Shown here: in pieces, positions 1 through 9,811 of the stretch
Layout: the number at the start of each line of letters is the position of its first letter
How positions within the stretch are numbered: the stretch's first letter is position 1
Assembly: GCA_963843575.1 (NCBI GenBank)
Contig: CAWJKZ010000023.1
Location: forward strand, 1 to 64,000
Reading direction: 5' to 3'
Origin: an uncultured Acidobacteriota bacterium
GTDB lineage: Bacteria > Acidobacteriota > UBA6911
Length of the DNA: 64,000 bases
The notes under the pieces: model-generated
Seen by the model: only the letters and a program-made list of their open reading frames with translations
Told to the model about the DNA's origin: nothing
The model's database searches: none
Translations under genes and position numbers: made by a program

Positions 1-90
1 TGGATTCAGGAATGACATGCGACCTCCAAGCGGTGGAGGGAGCCAATATGCCGTAGTATCGGACCAAGTTGAAGCGGGGGGAAATAGGGG
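1..90 (-). mobile_element. IS91-family (Y2) transposase C-terminal remnant, running off the window edge
   Basis: Minus strand reads ISPRFNLVRYYGILAPSTAWRSHVIPES, matching the PRFxLxRYHGVxAP motif of IS91-like transposases. Confidence 0.6.
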
Positions 91-199
91 ACGCGTTGCT
101 TTGGGCCCAGCGATCTTTGGAGCGCGTGACGTTTCGGCAACTCGGTTTCTTATGGCCAAGAGCCCTCCTCATGGCATGCTCGCATACCGAGATCAGACT

Positions 200-495
200 A
201 CCACCAAGGCTACTTCCCGCGTCAGTTGCCAGGATCGCCGTCTCGACGACGCGCAGCGCCCGCGCTACCTCTTCACCGTTGACTCCTTCCGGCACGTCGT
301 TTTCCGAGTGCAAGATCTTCAGGAGCGAGGGTTCGGCTTCCACCTTTTTCCCGCGGACTGCCTGTCGCACGGCCTCCAGCTCGCCGGATGAGACCAATGA
401 AAGCCCCAAGGTCTCAACGCCCGCTTCGCGGAAAACCTTATCGTCGCCCGTCCGTGAAGTGGCGCGTAAGGAGTCCGGGGCTGCATTCCGGTGGG
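200..495 (-). pseudogene. C-terminal remnant of an M28-like peptidase
   Basis: Minus frame reads GDDKVFREAGVETLGLSLV...LHSENDVPEGVNGEEVARALRVVETAI, resembling the SDHxxFxxAG...YHSxxD tail of M28 peptidases; the frame has no start codon. Confidence 0.4.
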
Positions 496-572
496 GACGT
501 CAGGCACCATAGGAAGCCGAGGCGCATCAAGTAACGGCAGGTCGGCAGCTTCATGCTATCCCCCGTCCCAAC

Positions 573-1586
573 TCACCTACCCTGGTGCCGCCGCCTCTCC
601 TCCGGGCTCAGGCGCAGAAATCTCGCGGCGTTGTTATACAGAATGTCGCGTTTCTCTTCGGACGAAAGGAAATCAGCTTTCTCGATGGATTCAATGGCGA
701 TTTCGAGTGCTTCGGGCCACACCATCTGGTCCGAGCCGAAGAGCACGCGTTTTCCGAACCCGGCCTGCACCATTCTCCGCAGATATGCGTGGAATTCAGA
801 CTGCGGGATTGCGAAGCTGATTACTCCCACGTCGACGTACAGTTGCGGGTACGTCCAGAGCATGGCGAGGGTGTCGTCCAGCATGGGCCAGCCTGCGTGC
901 ATGGCGTAGACACGCAGTTTCGGGTGTCGGATGAGCACTTCCTCGAGGACCAACGGGCTGTGTAGCCTGGCCCTGTATCCCGAGGCTCCGAGGTACGGCG
1001 CCCCCGGCGGGCCGGGGCCGATGTGGATGCCCAGCGGGATGTCCATCTGTTCGGCCAAAGCCAGGTACGGCTCGAACCGGGCATCGCCGGGCTCGATTCC
1101 CTGGTACTGAATCCCGACCTCGCCGAGCACACGAAACCCGCCGCTGCTGAACCTGTTGCGCATCTGTTCAGCCGACGGCTCATCGCTCCCGAGATTAAAT
1201 GCCAGGCCGGGAATGATCCGCTCGCCGCCTTCTTTCCGCCACTGATCAATGAGGGAACCGCTGGTCACGGCAAAGACGTTACGGCGTTTCATGATCGCGA
1301 GCGTGCGGTCCATGAGCTCGCGATCGGTCATCGGCGAGCGCAAGGGGTGATCGCATGGGACGTTCTTCATGAAAGCCATGAACGTGGCGCCCCAATCGGC
1401 ACCCGTGTTGGCGGGCGGATAGCCCATTCCAGGCGCACAGAGTGCCACGGGAGGCGGCCCCTGGCTATTGGCAGGCGACGCGTGCAGGTGCATGTCTATG
1501 ATGGGCGCAGGCGATTCCTGCGCAACCGCCGAAAGACCAAGGAAACAGAGGGCCAGAAGTATCCTGTTCATGGAGCAATACCTCAC
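573..1586 (-). CDS. Exported amidohydrolase (Amidohydro_2 family)
   Basis: Signal peptide, IIDMHLH metal motif, GIHIG, MHAGWP and LFGSDQ motifs. Confidence 0.9.
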   Translation of the reverse strand: MRYCSMNRILLALCFLGLSAVAQESPAPIIDMHLHASPANSQGPPPVALCAPGMGYPPANTGADWGATFMAFMKNVPCDHPLRSPMTDRELMDRTLAIMKRRNVFAVTSGSLIDQWRKEGGERIIPGLAFNLGSDEPSAEQMRNRFSSGGFRVLGEVGIQYQGIEPGDARFEPYLALAEQMDIPLGIHIGPGPPGAPYLGASGYRARLHSPLVLEEVLIRHPKLRVYAMHAGWPMLDDTLAMLWTYPQLYVDVGVISFAIPQSEFHAYLRRMVQAGFGKRVLFGSDQMVWPEALEIAIESIEKADFLSSEEKRDILYNNAARFLRLSPEERRRHQGR

Positions 1587-1918
1587 GGAGCAAACGCGGG
1601 TCGAGTCCAGCTCACATTATGCGACTTGGTGTCCCGGACACAACTCTGTCTTTGAGGTCGTGCCGGCGGCAAATTCCAGGCTCACTGTACCATTCCAATG
1701 TAAAATCAGCGGCTGCTCAGAGCAGATAGTCGAAACAAGCTGCATTTTTATGTTTGGGGTCTTGCTCCGGGGGGGCGCCGATATGGGGGCGTTATGTTAA
1801 CCTCGACCCGTCCGCTGCAACTGTCCAGAGCCCAGGGTCGATCAAAAACGGGATTTCACACCCGAATGATGTTGCCGGATAGGGAATCTTCACACACGTC
1901 TGCTACCAGAACGGCGGA

Positions 1919-2536
1919 TTGATCCCCTGCTCACGAAAAGTCAAGCTCGTCGATCTCACGTTCCGGCAGGGCGGGCGCGGCGTCCGCGTGTACACCCACA
2001 AGTTCACGAAAGGGTATCCCACGAACGTCGACATGATCGTCAGCGATCAGGGGTACGGTGCCAACGAATACATAGAAGCCCCAAAACCACTCGTCATAGT
2101 AACCGGGCCGGGGCCGGGCAGCGGCAAGCTGGCCACCTGTCTCTCGCAGCTGTATCACGATCATCGTGCCGGGATCGAATCGGGCTATGTCAAGTTCGAG
2201 ACCTTCCCGATCTGGAATCTCCCGCTCAAGCACCCCGTTAACATCGCCTACGAGGCGACCACGGCGGATATCGCCGACTTTAACCTGATCGAGCCGTTCC
2301 ACCTCGACGCGTATGGCTCGGTCGCTGTCAACTACAACCGGGACGTCGAGATTATTCCGGTCTTGAGGCGGATCCTCGAGCGCATTACCGAGACCGCATC
2401 CGTATACCGCTCGCCGACGGACATGGGGGTAGACCGTGTCGGATTCGCCATCGTCGACGACGAGGCAGTGCGCGAGGCCTCCCGCCAGGAGGTGATCCGG
2501 CGCTATTTTCGGTATGGCTGCGAGTACGGGCAGTGA
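1919..2536 (+). pseudogene. Internal fragment of a DUF1846-family protein
   Basis: [47 protein letters not shown] and NYNRDVE motifs; about 200 aa, lacking both ends of the usual longer protein. Confidence 0.75.
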
Positions 2537-2643
2537 CGGAAGCCTCGGACCACTTGCCCTTGCTGGTCGAACTGGAATGTTGAGACTGGCCCCGAAAACA
2601 GTGGACGCCGGGCTCCGCAGTCATTACGCTCGAACTCGGGGTA

Positions 2644-3591
2644 ATGATCTACATGTGCCTCTGCCTTGAATCACTGATCATCCTGGTCTCCATGCTGCTC
2701 TCGCAGGAGCGGGCAGCCGACGCACTGCAGCGGGGCATCACGCCCGCCGAACTGGAGCTTTACAGGGCCACTAAACCGATCGTCGCGTACTCCAGGGAAG
2801 AGTTGCTGGCCGGTTATCCCGAGCTTTCGCACGTGCAGTTCGAGTTGGATCAGGACCGGCTCGACCCCATGCTGCGCGAGATAGGCGAGCGCGTGGCGAT
2901 GATGTTCCAGGACCTCCCCAATACGGCATCGCACGAGGACGTGCACAGGCTGTACCGCGCCCTCGGGTTCAAGCAGGAAGCCAGTTCGCGCGAGAGCTAC
3001 GATTATCTCTTCCTTGCGCACAGTCAGAGCGACCGGATGGGCTGGGACGAGGTAAGGACCGGACATGACGGCAACCCAATCCCTTACGAGAAACTGAAAG
3101 GGAAGGGGTTCCTGACGTCCGGGTATGCCGGCCTGGGCTACTTCTTCCACCCCCAGCAGCAGCCCGGTTCGCGCTTCCGGTATGTCGGAACGGAATCATC
3201 GAAGGCCAGGCTCCAGGTGATCGCATTTGCACAGAAACCGGAAAGCGCGGACCTGCTGGGGAGAATAACCACAGAGGAAACCGCTTACCCGCTGTTATTC
3301 CAGGGACTCGCCTGGGTTGATCCCGACACTCATCAGATAGTGAGGATGCGCGTGGGATTGCTGGCGCCGAGGCCGGATCTCGGCCTGTATCGGCAGGACA
3401 CGGAGATCTGGTTCAGGGAAATCCGGTTTGACGACGTGAAACGGGGCGTGTGGTTGCCCCACGAGGTGGTCGTCAACATCGAGTACAAAAACCGGATGTT
3501 CCGAAACCGGCACCGCTACTCGGACTACAGGCTCTTCACAGTCGAAACTTACGAAAAGCGCGAACGTCCGGCTGCCGCGCCCCAGCCTTGA
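2644..3591 (+). CDS. Hypothetical exported/membrane-anchored protein of an Acidobacteria-type family
   Basis: 315-aa ORF with hydrophobic N-terminus and QGLAWVDP...IVRMR / WLPHEVVV...RNRHRYSDYRLF segments; coding-like composition. Confidence 0.7.
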   Translation: MIYMCLCLESLIILVSMLLSQERAADALQRGITPAELELYRATKPIVAYSREELLAGYPELSHVQFELDQDRLDPMLREIGERVAMMFQDLPNTASHEDVHRLYRALGFKQEASSRESYDYLFLAHSQSDRMGWDEVRTGHDGNPIPYEKLKGKGFLTSGYAGLGYFFHPQQQPGSRFRYVGTESSKARLQVIAFAQKPESADLLGRITTEETAYPLLFQGLAWVDPDTHQIVRMRVGLLAPRPDLGLYRQDTEIWFREIRFDDVKRGVWLPHEVVVNIEYKNRMFRNRHRYSDYRLFTVETYEKRERPAAAPQP

Positions 3592-3593
3592 GG

Positions 3594-3820
3594 TCAGACG
3601 CCGGCCGCTGCGGAGTGAGACTTATCACCGTCGCCAACGAACAATACTGCGACCAGCTGCTTCAGGAAATCGGGCTGCTGCATCAGCAGGTCGATGAAAT
3701 CATCCCGGTCAACGCGCAAGATCACGCTGGGGGTGGTGCAACACGCTCGCTTCACGACCGGGATGCCGGCTATCATCTGGTACACGCCGATCGCGTCACC
3801 CGCACCCGCCTGCCTGGGCT
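3594..3820 (-). pseudogene. cNMP-binding domain C-terminal remnant
   Basis: AGAGDAIGVYQMIAG...ACCTTPSVILRVDRDDFIDLLMQQPDF resembles the end of a cyclic-nucleotide-binding domain; no credible 5' part. Confidence 0.5.
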
Positions 3821-3922
3821 TTCCTGTTTCGCGCCTGGGCTCCTGTGCTCCGCGGTGGCGTCGCGAAGCGAGCCGGAGCCCTGGGTCGAACTTTTGGGGC
3901 TTAGCGTGCTCTGCCAACAGCT

Positions 3923-6334
3923 TTATTCCGCGCGCAGGACTTCCGCGGGGTCGATGCGGGTGGCTTTCCACGCGGGGTAGGCGCTCGCGACGACGGCGAC
4001 CAGCAGCACCGCCGCCACGCTGAAAAGCAGCGCGATCGGGTCGTACGGACTCATCCCATACAGCAGGCCCGCGATCAGCCGCCCCGACGCGAGCGAAGCC
4101 GCCGCGCCCACTACGGCTCCCGCGCCGGCCAGGACGAGGCCGTGCCGGATCACGAGCGTCATCACGGTCCGGCGGTCGGCGCCGAGCGCCATCCGCACGC
4201 CCATCTCCCGCGTCCTGCGGTTGACGCCCTGCAGGACAACCCCGAACAGCCCGCCCGCCGCAAGCAGCAGCCCGAGACCACCGACCACAGCCGAGAGCAG
4301 GGCGAGGACACTGCTGGAATACCGCGCGTCCTTGACCTGCTGCTTCAGCGTCGTCGCCACGAAGAACATGATCCCGGGATTCGCCGCCCGCATCTCGCGC
4401 TTCACGGCCGTCATGAGCTGGGACGCGTCTCCCGCCGCCTCCACGACGAACGTGACTTCACGCACCGGGGCCTGCGCGAACGGAAAGAACAGGAACGGCT
4501 CCGGCACTTCGGGGACGTTTTCGATCACGCCGTCTTCCGCAACCCCGACGATCTCGGTGTCCGCGTCGTCCACCCGGATGTGCTGCCCGATTGCATCCGC
4601 CGCCGGCCAGAACCGGCGCTGCATCGTTTGACTGACGATCGCCACCAGCGCGGCTGCGGCCCCGTCGGAGCGGGCAAACCCGCGTCCCGCGAGGATGCGG
4701 GTCCCCATGGCGGCGAAGTAGTCCTCGCTCACCTGGTTGTAACGCAGGCGCAGCACGCCCGCGGCAGTATTGCCCGGGATCACGACATCCCGTGTGGCTC
4801 CGCCGCCAAACAGTCCGAGCGGGATGCGGCGCGCGTAGGCGGCCTGCCGGATTCCAGGCAGCGTCCGGACGCGTTCGACGATCTCCTCGCACGTTGCCGT
4901 CACGCGATCCCTGGCCGCCTCGAGCCCCGAATTCAGCACCAGCGTGTTGCGGTCCGTATCGAAACCGATACGCTGCTCCAGAGTGTTCTGGAAGCTGCGC
5001 GCCAGCAATGCGGCGGCCGTGATGAGCAGCACGGTCAGGGCTGCCTGCCCGGCAACCAGCACGTAGCGTCCCGCATGGCTGCGGCGGGCCTGGAATCCAC
5101 GCCCTTTCAGAACGGCCATCAGGTCCCGGCGGGCCGACGACAGCGCGGGAGCGAGGCCGAAAAGGAAAACGGTTGCCACGCAGCTCAATACGGTGACGAG
5201 CACCACGCGCCGGTCCATGCGAATGTCGTATTTCATGAACTCCGGCCCGGGCGGCAGCAGCGCAGGGATGAGCGGTATCATCCAGCTGATCACCAGGAAC
5301 ACCAGCGCGCCCGCGGCCAGCGCCAGGACGGCGCCCTCCGTCAGGAGCTGCCGCACCACGCGCCATTGCGTCGCACCTACCGACAGCCTGATGCTGATTT
5401 CGCGCTCGCGTCCCTCCGCCTGCGCCAGCAGGAGCATGGCCACGTTTGCGCACGCGATGAGCAACACGATGCCGACGACCGACAGCAGTAACAGCGTCGG
5501 GGCCGGTCCGCCGCCGCTTTGGCGCTCGGCTTCGGTATAGGCGACGATGCGGCGCCCGCGGTTCGTGCCGGGGTAGTCCTGCTCGAGCCGCCGACTCACG
5601 GTGTCGAGCTGCGCCGCCGCCTGCTCCATCGACGATCCGGGGCGAAGGCGGGCCACTCCCTCGAACTGCCCGCCGCCGCGGTCCTCGAACTCGCGGGCGT
5701 TGCCCGGGTTCATGGCCTTCCAGGTGACCACAGGTACCCAGACCCCCGTCGCGACTTCCCGATCGAGTCCGCGGAACTCTGGAGGCAGCACTCCGACGAC
5801 CGTGAAGGCGCGGTTCGCCATACGAACGGATTTTCCGACGATGTCCGGGTCGGCCCCGAAATACCGTCGCCACGCGCCGTCGCTCAGCGCTACCGCCGGC
5901 TGGCCGGCAAGACCGGCGTCGAGTGTGGGTTCGAACAGCCGGCCGCGCGCCGGCTTCACCCCGAGCAGCGCGAAGTAGTTGTCCGACACGATCGTAAGCG
6001 GGACGAGTTCGGCCACCCCGTCCTTTTCGATCATCGTGCCGCGCCGGTTCTGGACCGCGATGTCGGCGAAGGCGGGTGCCGACGCCTTCGCCTCGAGATA
6101 TTCGAGCCAGGCCATCCCGCCGCGCTGCCCCTCGGCTGTGCGCATGGCGACCCATACGAGGCCAGCCGGGTCGGCGACGGCAAACGACCTCAGGTACATG
6201 GCATCGACGAGGCTGAACATCGTCGAGTTGGCCGCGATCCCCAGGGCGAGCGAGGGAACGGCGATGATCGAAACGACGGGGTAGCGGCGGAGTACCCTCA
6301 GCGCATAGCGAAAGTCGAAGGCGAGTGAAAGCAT
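3923..6334 (-). CDS. ABC transporter permease, ADOP/MacB-FtsX duplicated type
   Basis: LALGIAANSTMFSLVDA, LLIACANVA, REREISIRLSVGA, RTREMGVRMALGA and PAWKATRIDPAEVLRAE hallmarks. Confidence 0.95.
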   Translation of the reverse strand: MLSLAFDFRYALRVLRRYPVVSIIAVPSLALGIAANSTMFSLVDAMYLRSFAVADPAGLVWVAMRTAEGQRGGMAWLEYLEAKASAPAFADIAVQNRRGTMIEKDGVAELVPLTIVSDNYFALLGVKPARGRLFEPTLDAGLAGQPAVALSDGAWRRYFGADPDIVGKSVRMANRAFTVVGVLPPEFRGLDREVATGVWVPVVTWKAMNPGNAREFEDRGGGQFEGVARLRPGSSMEQAAAQLDTVSRRLEQDYPGTNRGRRIVAYTEAERQSGGGPAPTLLLLSVVGIVLLIACANVAMLLLAQAEGREREISIRLSVGATQWRVVRQLLTEGAVLALAAGALVFLVISWMIPLIPALLPPGPEFMKYDIRMDRRVVLVTVLSCVATVFLFGLAPALSSARRDLMAVLKGRGFQARRSHAGRYVLVAGQAALTVLLITAAALLARSFQNTLEQRIGFDTDRNTLVLNSGLEAARDRVTATCEEIVERVRTLPGIRQAAYARRIPLGLFGGGATRDVVIPGNTAAGVLRLRYNQVSEDYFAAMGTRILAGRGFARSDGAAAALVAIVSQTMQRRFWPAADAIGQHIRVDDADTEIVGVAEDGVIENVPEVPEPFLFFPFAQAPVREVTFVVEAAGDASQLMTAVKREMRAANPGIMFFVATTLKQQVKDARYSSSVLALLSAVVGGLGLLLAAGGLFGVVLQGVNRRTREMGVRMALGADRRTVMTLVIRHGLVLAGAGAVVGAAASLASGRLIAGLLYGMSPYDPIALLFSVAAVLLVAVVASAYPAWKATRIDPAEVLRAE

Positions 6335-6377
6335 GCGCGCTATTTTGCCACGGATTCCACGGATTGCTTACGTTCGT

Positions 6378-6650
6378 TTACAGCCAGTATTGCCATCGGG
6401 CGAAGGCGATGACGTACGCTGCAAGGCAAGCGTTGGTCACCCCGTGCGCCAGGATGCAGTCAGGCAGGCTTCGGGTTCGCACCATCCACCAGCCATACGC
6501 GACTCCCGCGAGCAGCCCCACGTCCCAGTAGGGACCGTGCTCGCTCGCGAAAAGCGCCGCCGTCACCCAGAACGACAGGGCGGTGCAGGTGCCCATCCGC
6601 AACTTCTCAAACTCCGGACGCGCGAGGTAGCGCATGAGCCATCCGCGCCT
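6378..6650 (-). pseudogene. CAAX-protease-related (CPBP) intramembrane metalloprotease, C-terminal remnant
   Basis: RGWLMRYL...LFASEH...GLLAGVAY...RTRSLPDCILAHGVTN; the upstream part of the ORF is non-homologous. Confidence 0.75.
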
Positions 6651-6802
6651 GGGGTTCGTATCGGCGGGAAAAGTTGGCGGAGTTTCCTTGCGGATAATTA
6701 CGAGAGCAATCAAGGTGCCCGGACAAGTTTGAGCTCTTGCTCGAGATCGCGTCTCAGCCTTCTGATTTATTCGAGGATTTTCTTGCTGGCATCTGCATAT
6801 AC

Positions 6803-6970
6803 ATGAACCTGATCCACACCGCAGAGCTCGCAAAAGGCAACCCGTTCGATTATCTGACGGAGCTGCAGAAGCACGCCAAAGATGTGGCGAGAAGCACTTC
6901 AGGGTGGATGCCATGGAACTACGGGGACACCCTGAGAGCACTCGACCATCCGGTAGGGACCACAGATTGA
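6803..6970 (+). mobile_element. IS66-family transposase C-terminal remnant
   Basis: MNLIHTAELAKGNPFDYLTELQKH...WMPWNY matches the IS66 TnpC C-terminal SLIxTC..N..P..YL...PWN pattern. Confidence 0.75.
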
Positions 6971-7641
6971 CGACCCTTGCCACTTTCCGAGTAATCACCG
7001 TATCATGAAAAAACAACCCGTGCGTACCCAGAAACCTCGCAACCACTCAAGATCGAAACAAAAGGAATCCACTCCCAAGTACTCTATGAGAGACTTGCAT
7101 GAACTGCTCGACATCGTGACCGCGCAGGGCGGGCGCCAGGCGGTGGAGGAATACCTGGAGCGATGGCATTGCAGTCAGGGCGACGGCGGGCTGCGGCTGT
7201 GGCGACAGGCTGCGTCCGGCGTTTTCCGGCGGGGCCCGGAAAGTCCTGTGTGCCCAAGGCAGCCCTCACGGTGGAATGCCGGACGAGGCCGATCGGCGTG
7301 AGTCCGTTGGATCCGCGGAATCCGCGTTCTGTTTTGGCTTTTGTCTTTCATCGCCCGTGTTGTTCTGCGCCCTGAAAAATACGTCAGCGTACTTATGAGA
7401 CTGTGTACTTAGCAGGGACGGGAGCCGTCGCCCCTCCAACTCCAGCCACCGGCGCCAGGGAACCTCCGAATATCGACACGGCGTGGAGGAGCTCCGGCTG
7501 AAGTCCAGCGTGCTGCCCAGGAGCGGCACAAACTACTTCTGGCCCGGATTGGAGAACTCAATAGCTGAGTTCGGCTCTCGACATTCGACGTTTGTCATTT
7601 CGAGGTTTGCGATGGGCGACCGTCCCCGATGAGCGGAGGCC

Positions 7642-8814
7642 CTAGCAGCTAGAGTTGACCCTCCCCTTTTGGTAGGCAGCGATCGCTTTGTGTGCGGCAG
7701 GCGTCCCGATCGACTGGAGAGCCTGCATGGCCGCAACCCCGATACTCTCAAGTCCACCACCATAACAAAACTCTTCTTTGTGGCTGACGTGGATGCAGGC
7801 GAGGCACCAAGGAGTTTCGTCATCACTGGAAAGGCTCGAGGCGAGAAACGGAAGCGCTCGGTCGTCTCCAAGACGGCCGAGGACCGTAATGAGTGCGTGC
7901 TGCATTCGGGGAGTGAGCGGCCCGTTGCTGGCCGAAAGGAGCTGAGGGAGTGCCTTGTTGCCGAATGCCTTGAGGCCGTCGCAGGCGTAATAGCGAACGT
8001 AATCCGACTCGTCGTCGAGCGCCCGGAGGAACGTGGGAATGTCCGCTGGATCCTGATGGTGTTTGAGTCCTCGCAGCGCTGCAGCGCGCTCGAAATAGCG
8101 CTCCGAGACGACGAATCGCCTAAACAGGTCCTGAGCTGGCCCCGGCTGCGGGAGTTCTGACAGCGCCCAAAGTGCATGCGGACGGCAGGGGTAGCTCTCG
8201 TCCTGCACCGCTCGAAGCAGCGCCTCCTCAGCTTCCGGTGCGGTCATCTGCCCCAAAGTCAGTAAGGCGAGGCGGCAGACTTCGTGATTGGGATGCGACA
8301 ACGCTTTGACCAACGCCGCCCTCGCACTCGGATGATCGAGCTTCTCCAGGTGTCGTACCCCTTCGAGTTGGCGCTCCGGAACCGGATCGTCCAGGAATGC
8401 TATCGCCGCTCGCACGACGGGAGGCACATCGCTCTTCCTCGTTCGAGCAGCTCCTACTTCCACGAGGAGCTTCTCCCAGCAATGTTGCTTCGTGAAGTCG
8501 ACGCGCTGGATAGCGGCCAGGCGCGGATGGAGCCTTGCGTCTTCAAGGAGGATGGGCAGCACGGGAGTCGAACAACTTAACGCGTGGGCCCATTCATAGG
8601 TCACATACTGCGACTCCATCGACGCACGGGTGACGACGAGGATCAATACATCACAGGCATCCACGGCCGCGTCGATCCCCGATGCCCACTCGGTCCCGGC
8701 ATCGAGCCTCGAGGTATCCTTCCAGACCCGAAATCCTCCCGCAAGGAGCCGGTTTTCGAGTTCCATCGTAAATGCGGCGTCCTGGCGAGCGTACGAAATG
8801 AAAATGTGTCCCAT
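7642..8814 (-). CDS. TIR domain + HEAT/PBS-lyase repeat protein
   Basis: GAGGAG RBS before ATG 8814; HIFISYARQD...VWKD...SMESQYVTYEW (TIR_2 with Glu) followed by HEAT repeats (LRALDDESDYVRYYACDGL, ALITVLGRLGDDRALPFL). Confidence 0.88.
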   Translation of the reverse strand: MGHIFISYARQDAAFTMELENRLLAGGFRVWKDTSRLDAGTEWASGIDAAVDACDVLILVVTRASMESQYVTYEWAHALSCSTPVLPILLEDARLHPRLAAIQRVDFTKQHCWEKLLVEVGAARTRKSDVPPVVRAAIAFLDDPVPERQLEGVRHLEKLDHPSARAALVKALSHPNHEVCRLALLTLGQMTAPEAEEALLRAVQDESYPCRPHALWALSELPQPGPAQDLFRRFVVSERYFERAAALRGLKHHQDPADIPTFLRALDDESDYVRYYACDGLKAFGNKALPQLLSASNGPLTPRMQHALITVLGRLGDDRALPFLASSLSSDDETPWCLACIHVSHKEEFCYGGGLESIGVAAMQALQSIGTPAAHKAIAAYQKGRVNSSC

Positions 8815-9596
8815 GAAATTGACTCCTCGGGCAGAAAATCGAAGAGAGGTATTCCGGAAGGTAATCTTGCTTCTCGTACTCTCGAACCTCCTTGATCTTC
8901 CGGTTCGCCGCATTGGCCGCGAAGACTCTCTTCACCCCGGCCGCTTGGGGCCAGGTCTGCTTCATGTTCCTACAATGCCTGTTTGAAGCGCCAGCAAGTC
9001 GTTAAGCGTCTGGACGCGGGCGGGGTGGGGTACGACCGACGATGTGCACGAGCGGCTGGAGAAGTTCCCATCGCTTCGATGGCGGCCGATTTGGGGACGG
9101 ACATCAGACGACTGCGTCGTTTTCGCCCCTTAGGTGACTTTGTGTTGCCGGCCGTGGACGACATCGCATTGCGCCCAGAAGATGTCCTTCACCCACCCAG
9201 GCGAGCCTCGGAGGCGCAGAAACAAGCTGGTGCATCGCCCAATCACACCAATCGATTCTATCCCTCTGGCCTTGAAAAGGTCGATGAGAATCCCTCCTCG
9301 TCCCGGAACTGATGCGCGACCTGGCGTCTCGGGGTGCCGCGCCCCCGCTTTGAGAATCTTCGAGCCTTGGAGGTCAAAAACCAACCTCAAAGAAGGTCTC
9401 CAAGAATCTCGCCGTGCTCCGGCATATCCACGATGCCTTCAGGCGTACTCCGTGTGATGCGCAGTCATCTGTGACGTCCTGTATAAACGTGTGCTGCCGA
9501 ATCCTGGACGGCCCAGGACGACAGCTTACTGAAGATGCGCGGCCGTCGGCCGCGCAGGCACCAACTGGCGCAGTACCGCCCACAAGACCGCGAGCG

Positions 9597-9770
9597 TCAG
9601 CCCTCCCATGACGGCGAACACAGAGATCCGCTGTCCGCCGCCGGCCACGTTCCGCGCCGCCATCGACACGTCCATGAGCCAAGTCCATGATCACGGCGAA
9701 GCTGAGCATCACCGGCACGAGCCAGTAGCCGAGCGGCCTGCGGCGGACGAGTGCGACGCCGCCCACAATA
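9597..9770 (-). pseudogene. Membrane protein C-terminal fragment
   Basis: Hydrophobic GGVALVRRRPLGYWLVPVMLSFAVIMDL segment that breaks frame; abuts the end of the next gene. Confidence 0.3.
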
Positions 9771-9811
9771 GTGGGAGTGAGTCTTTGCCGGAGAACACCC
9801 GTCTTTCCCGC

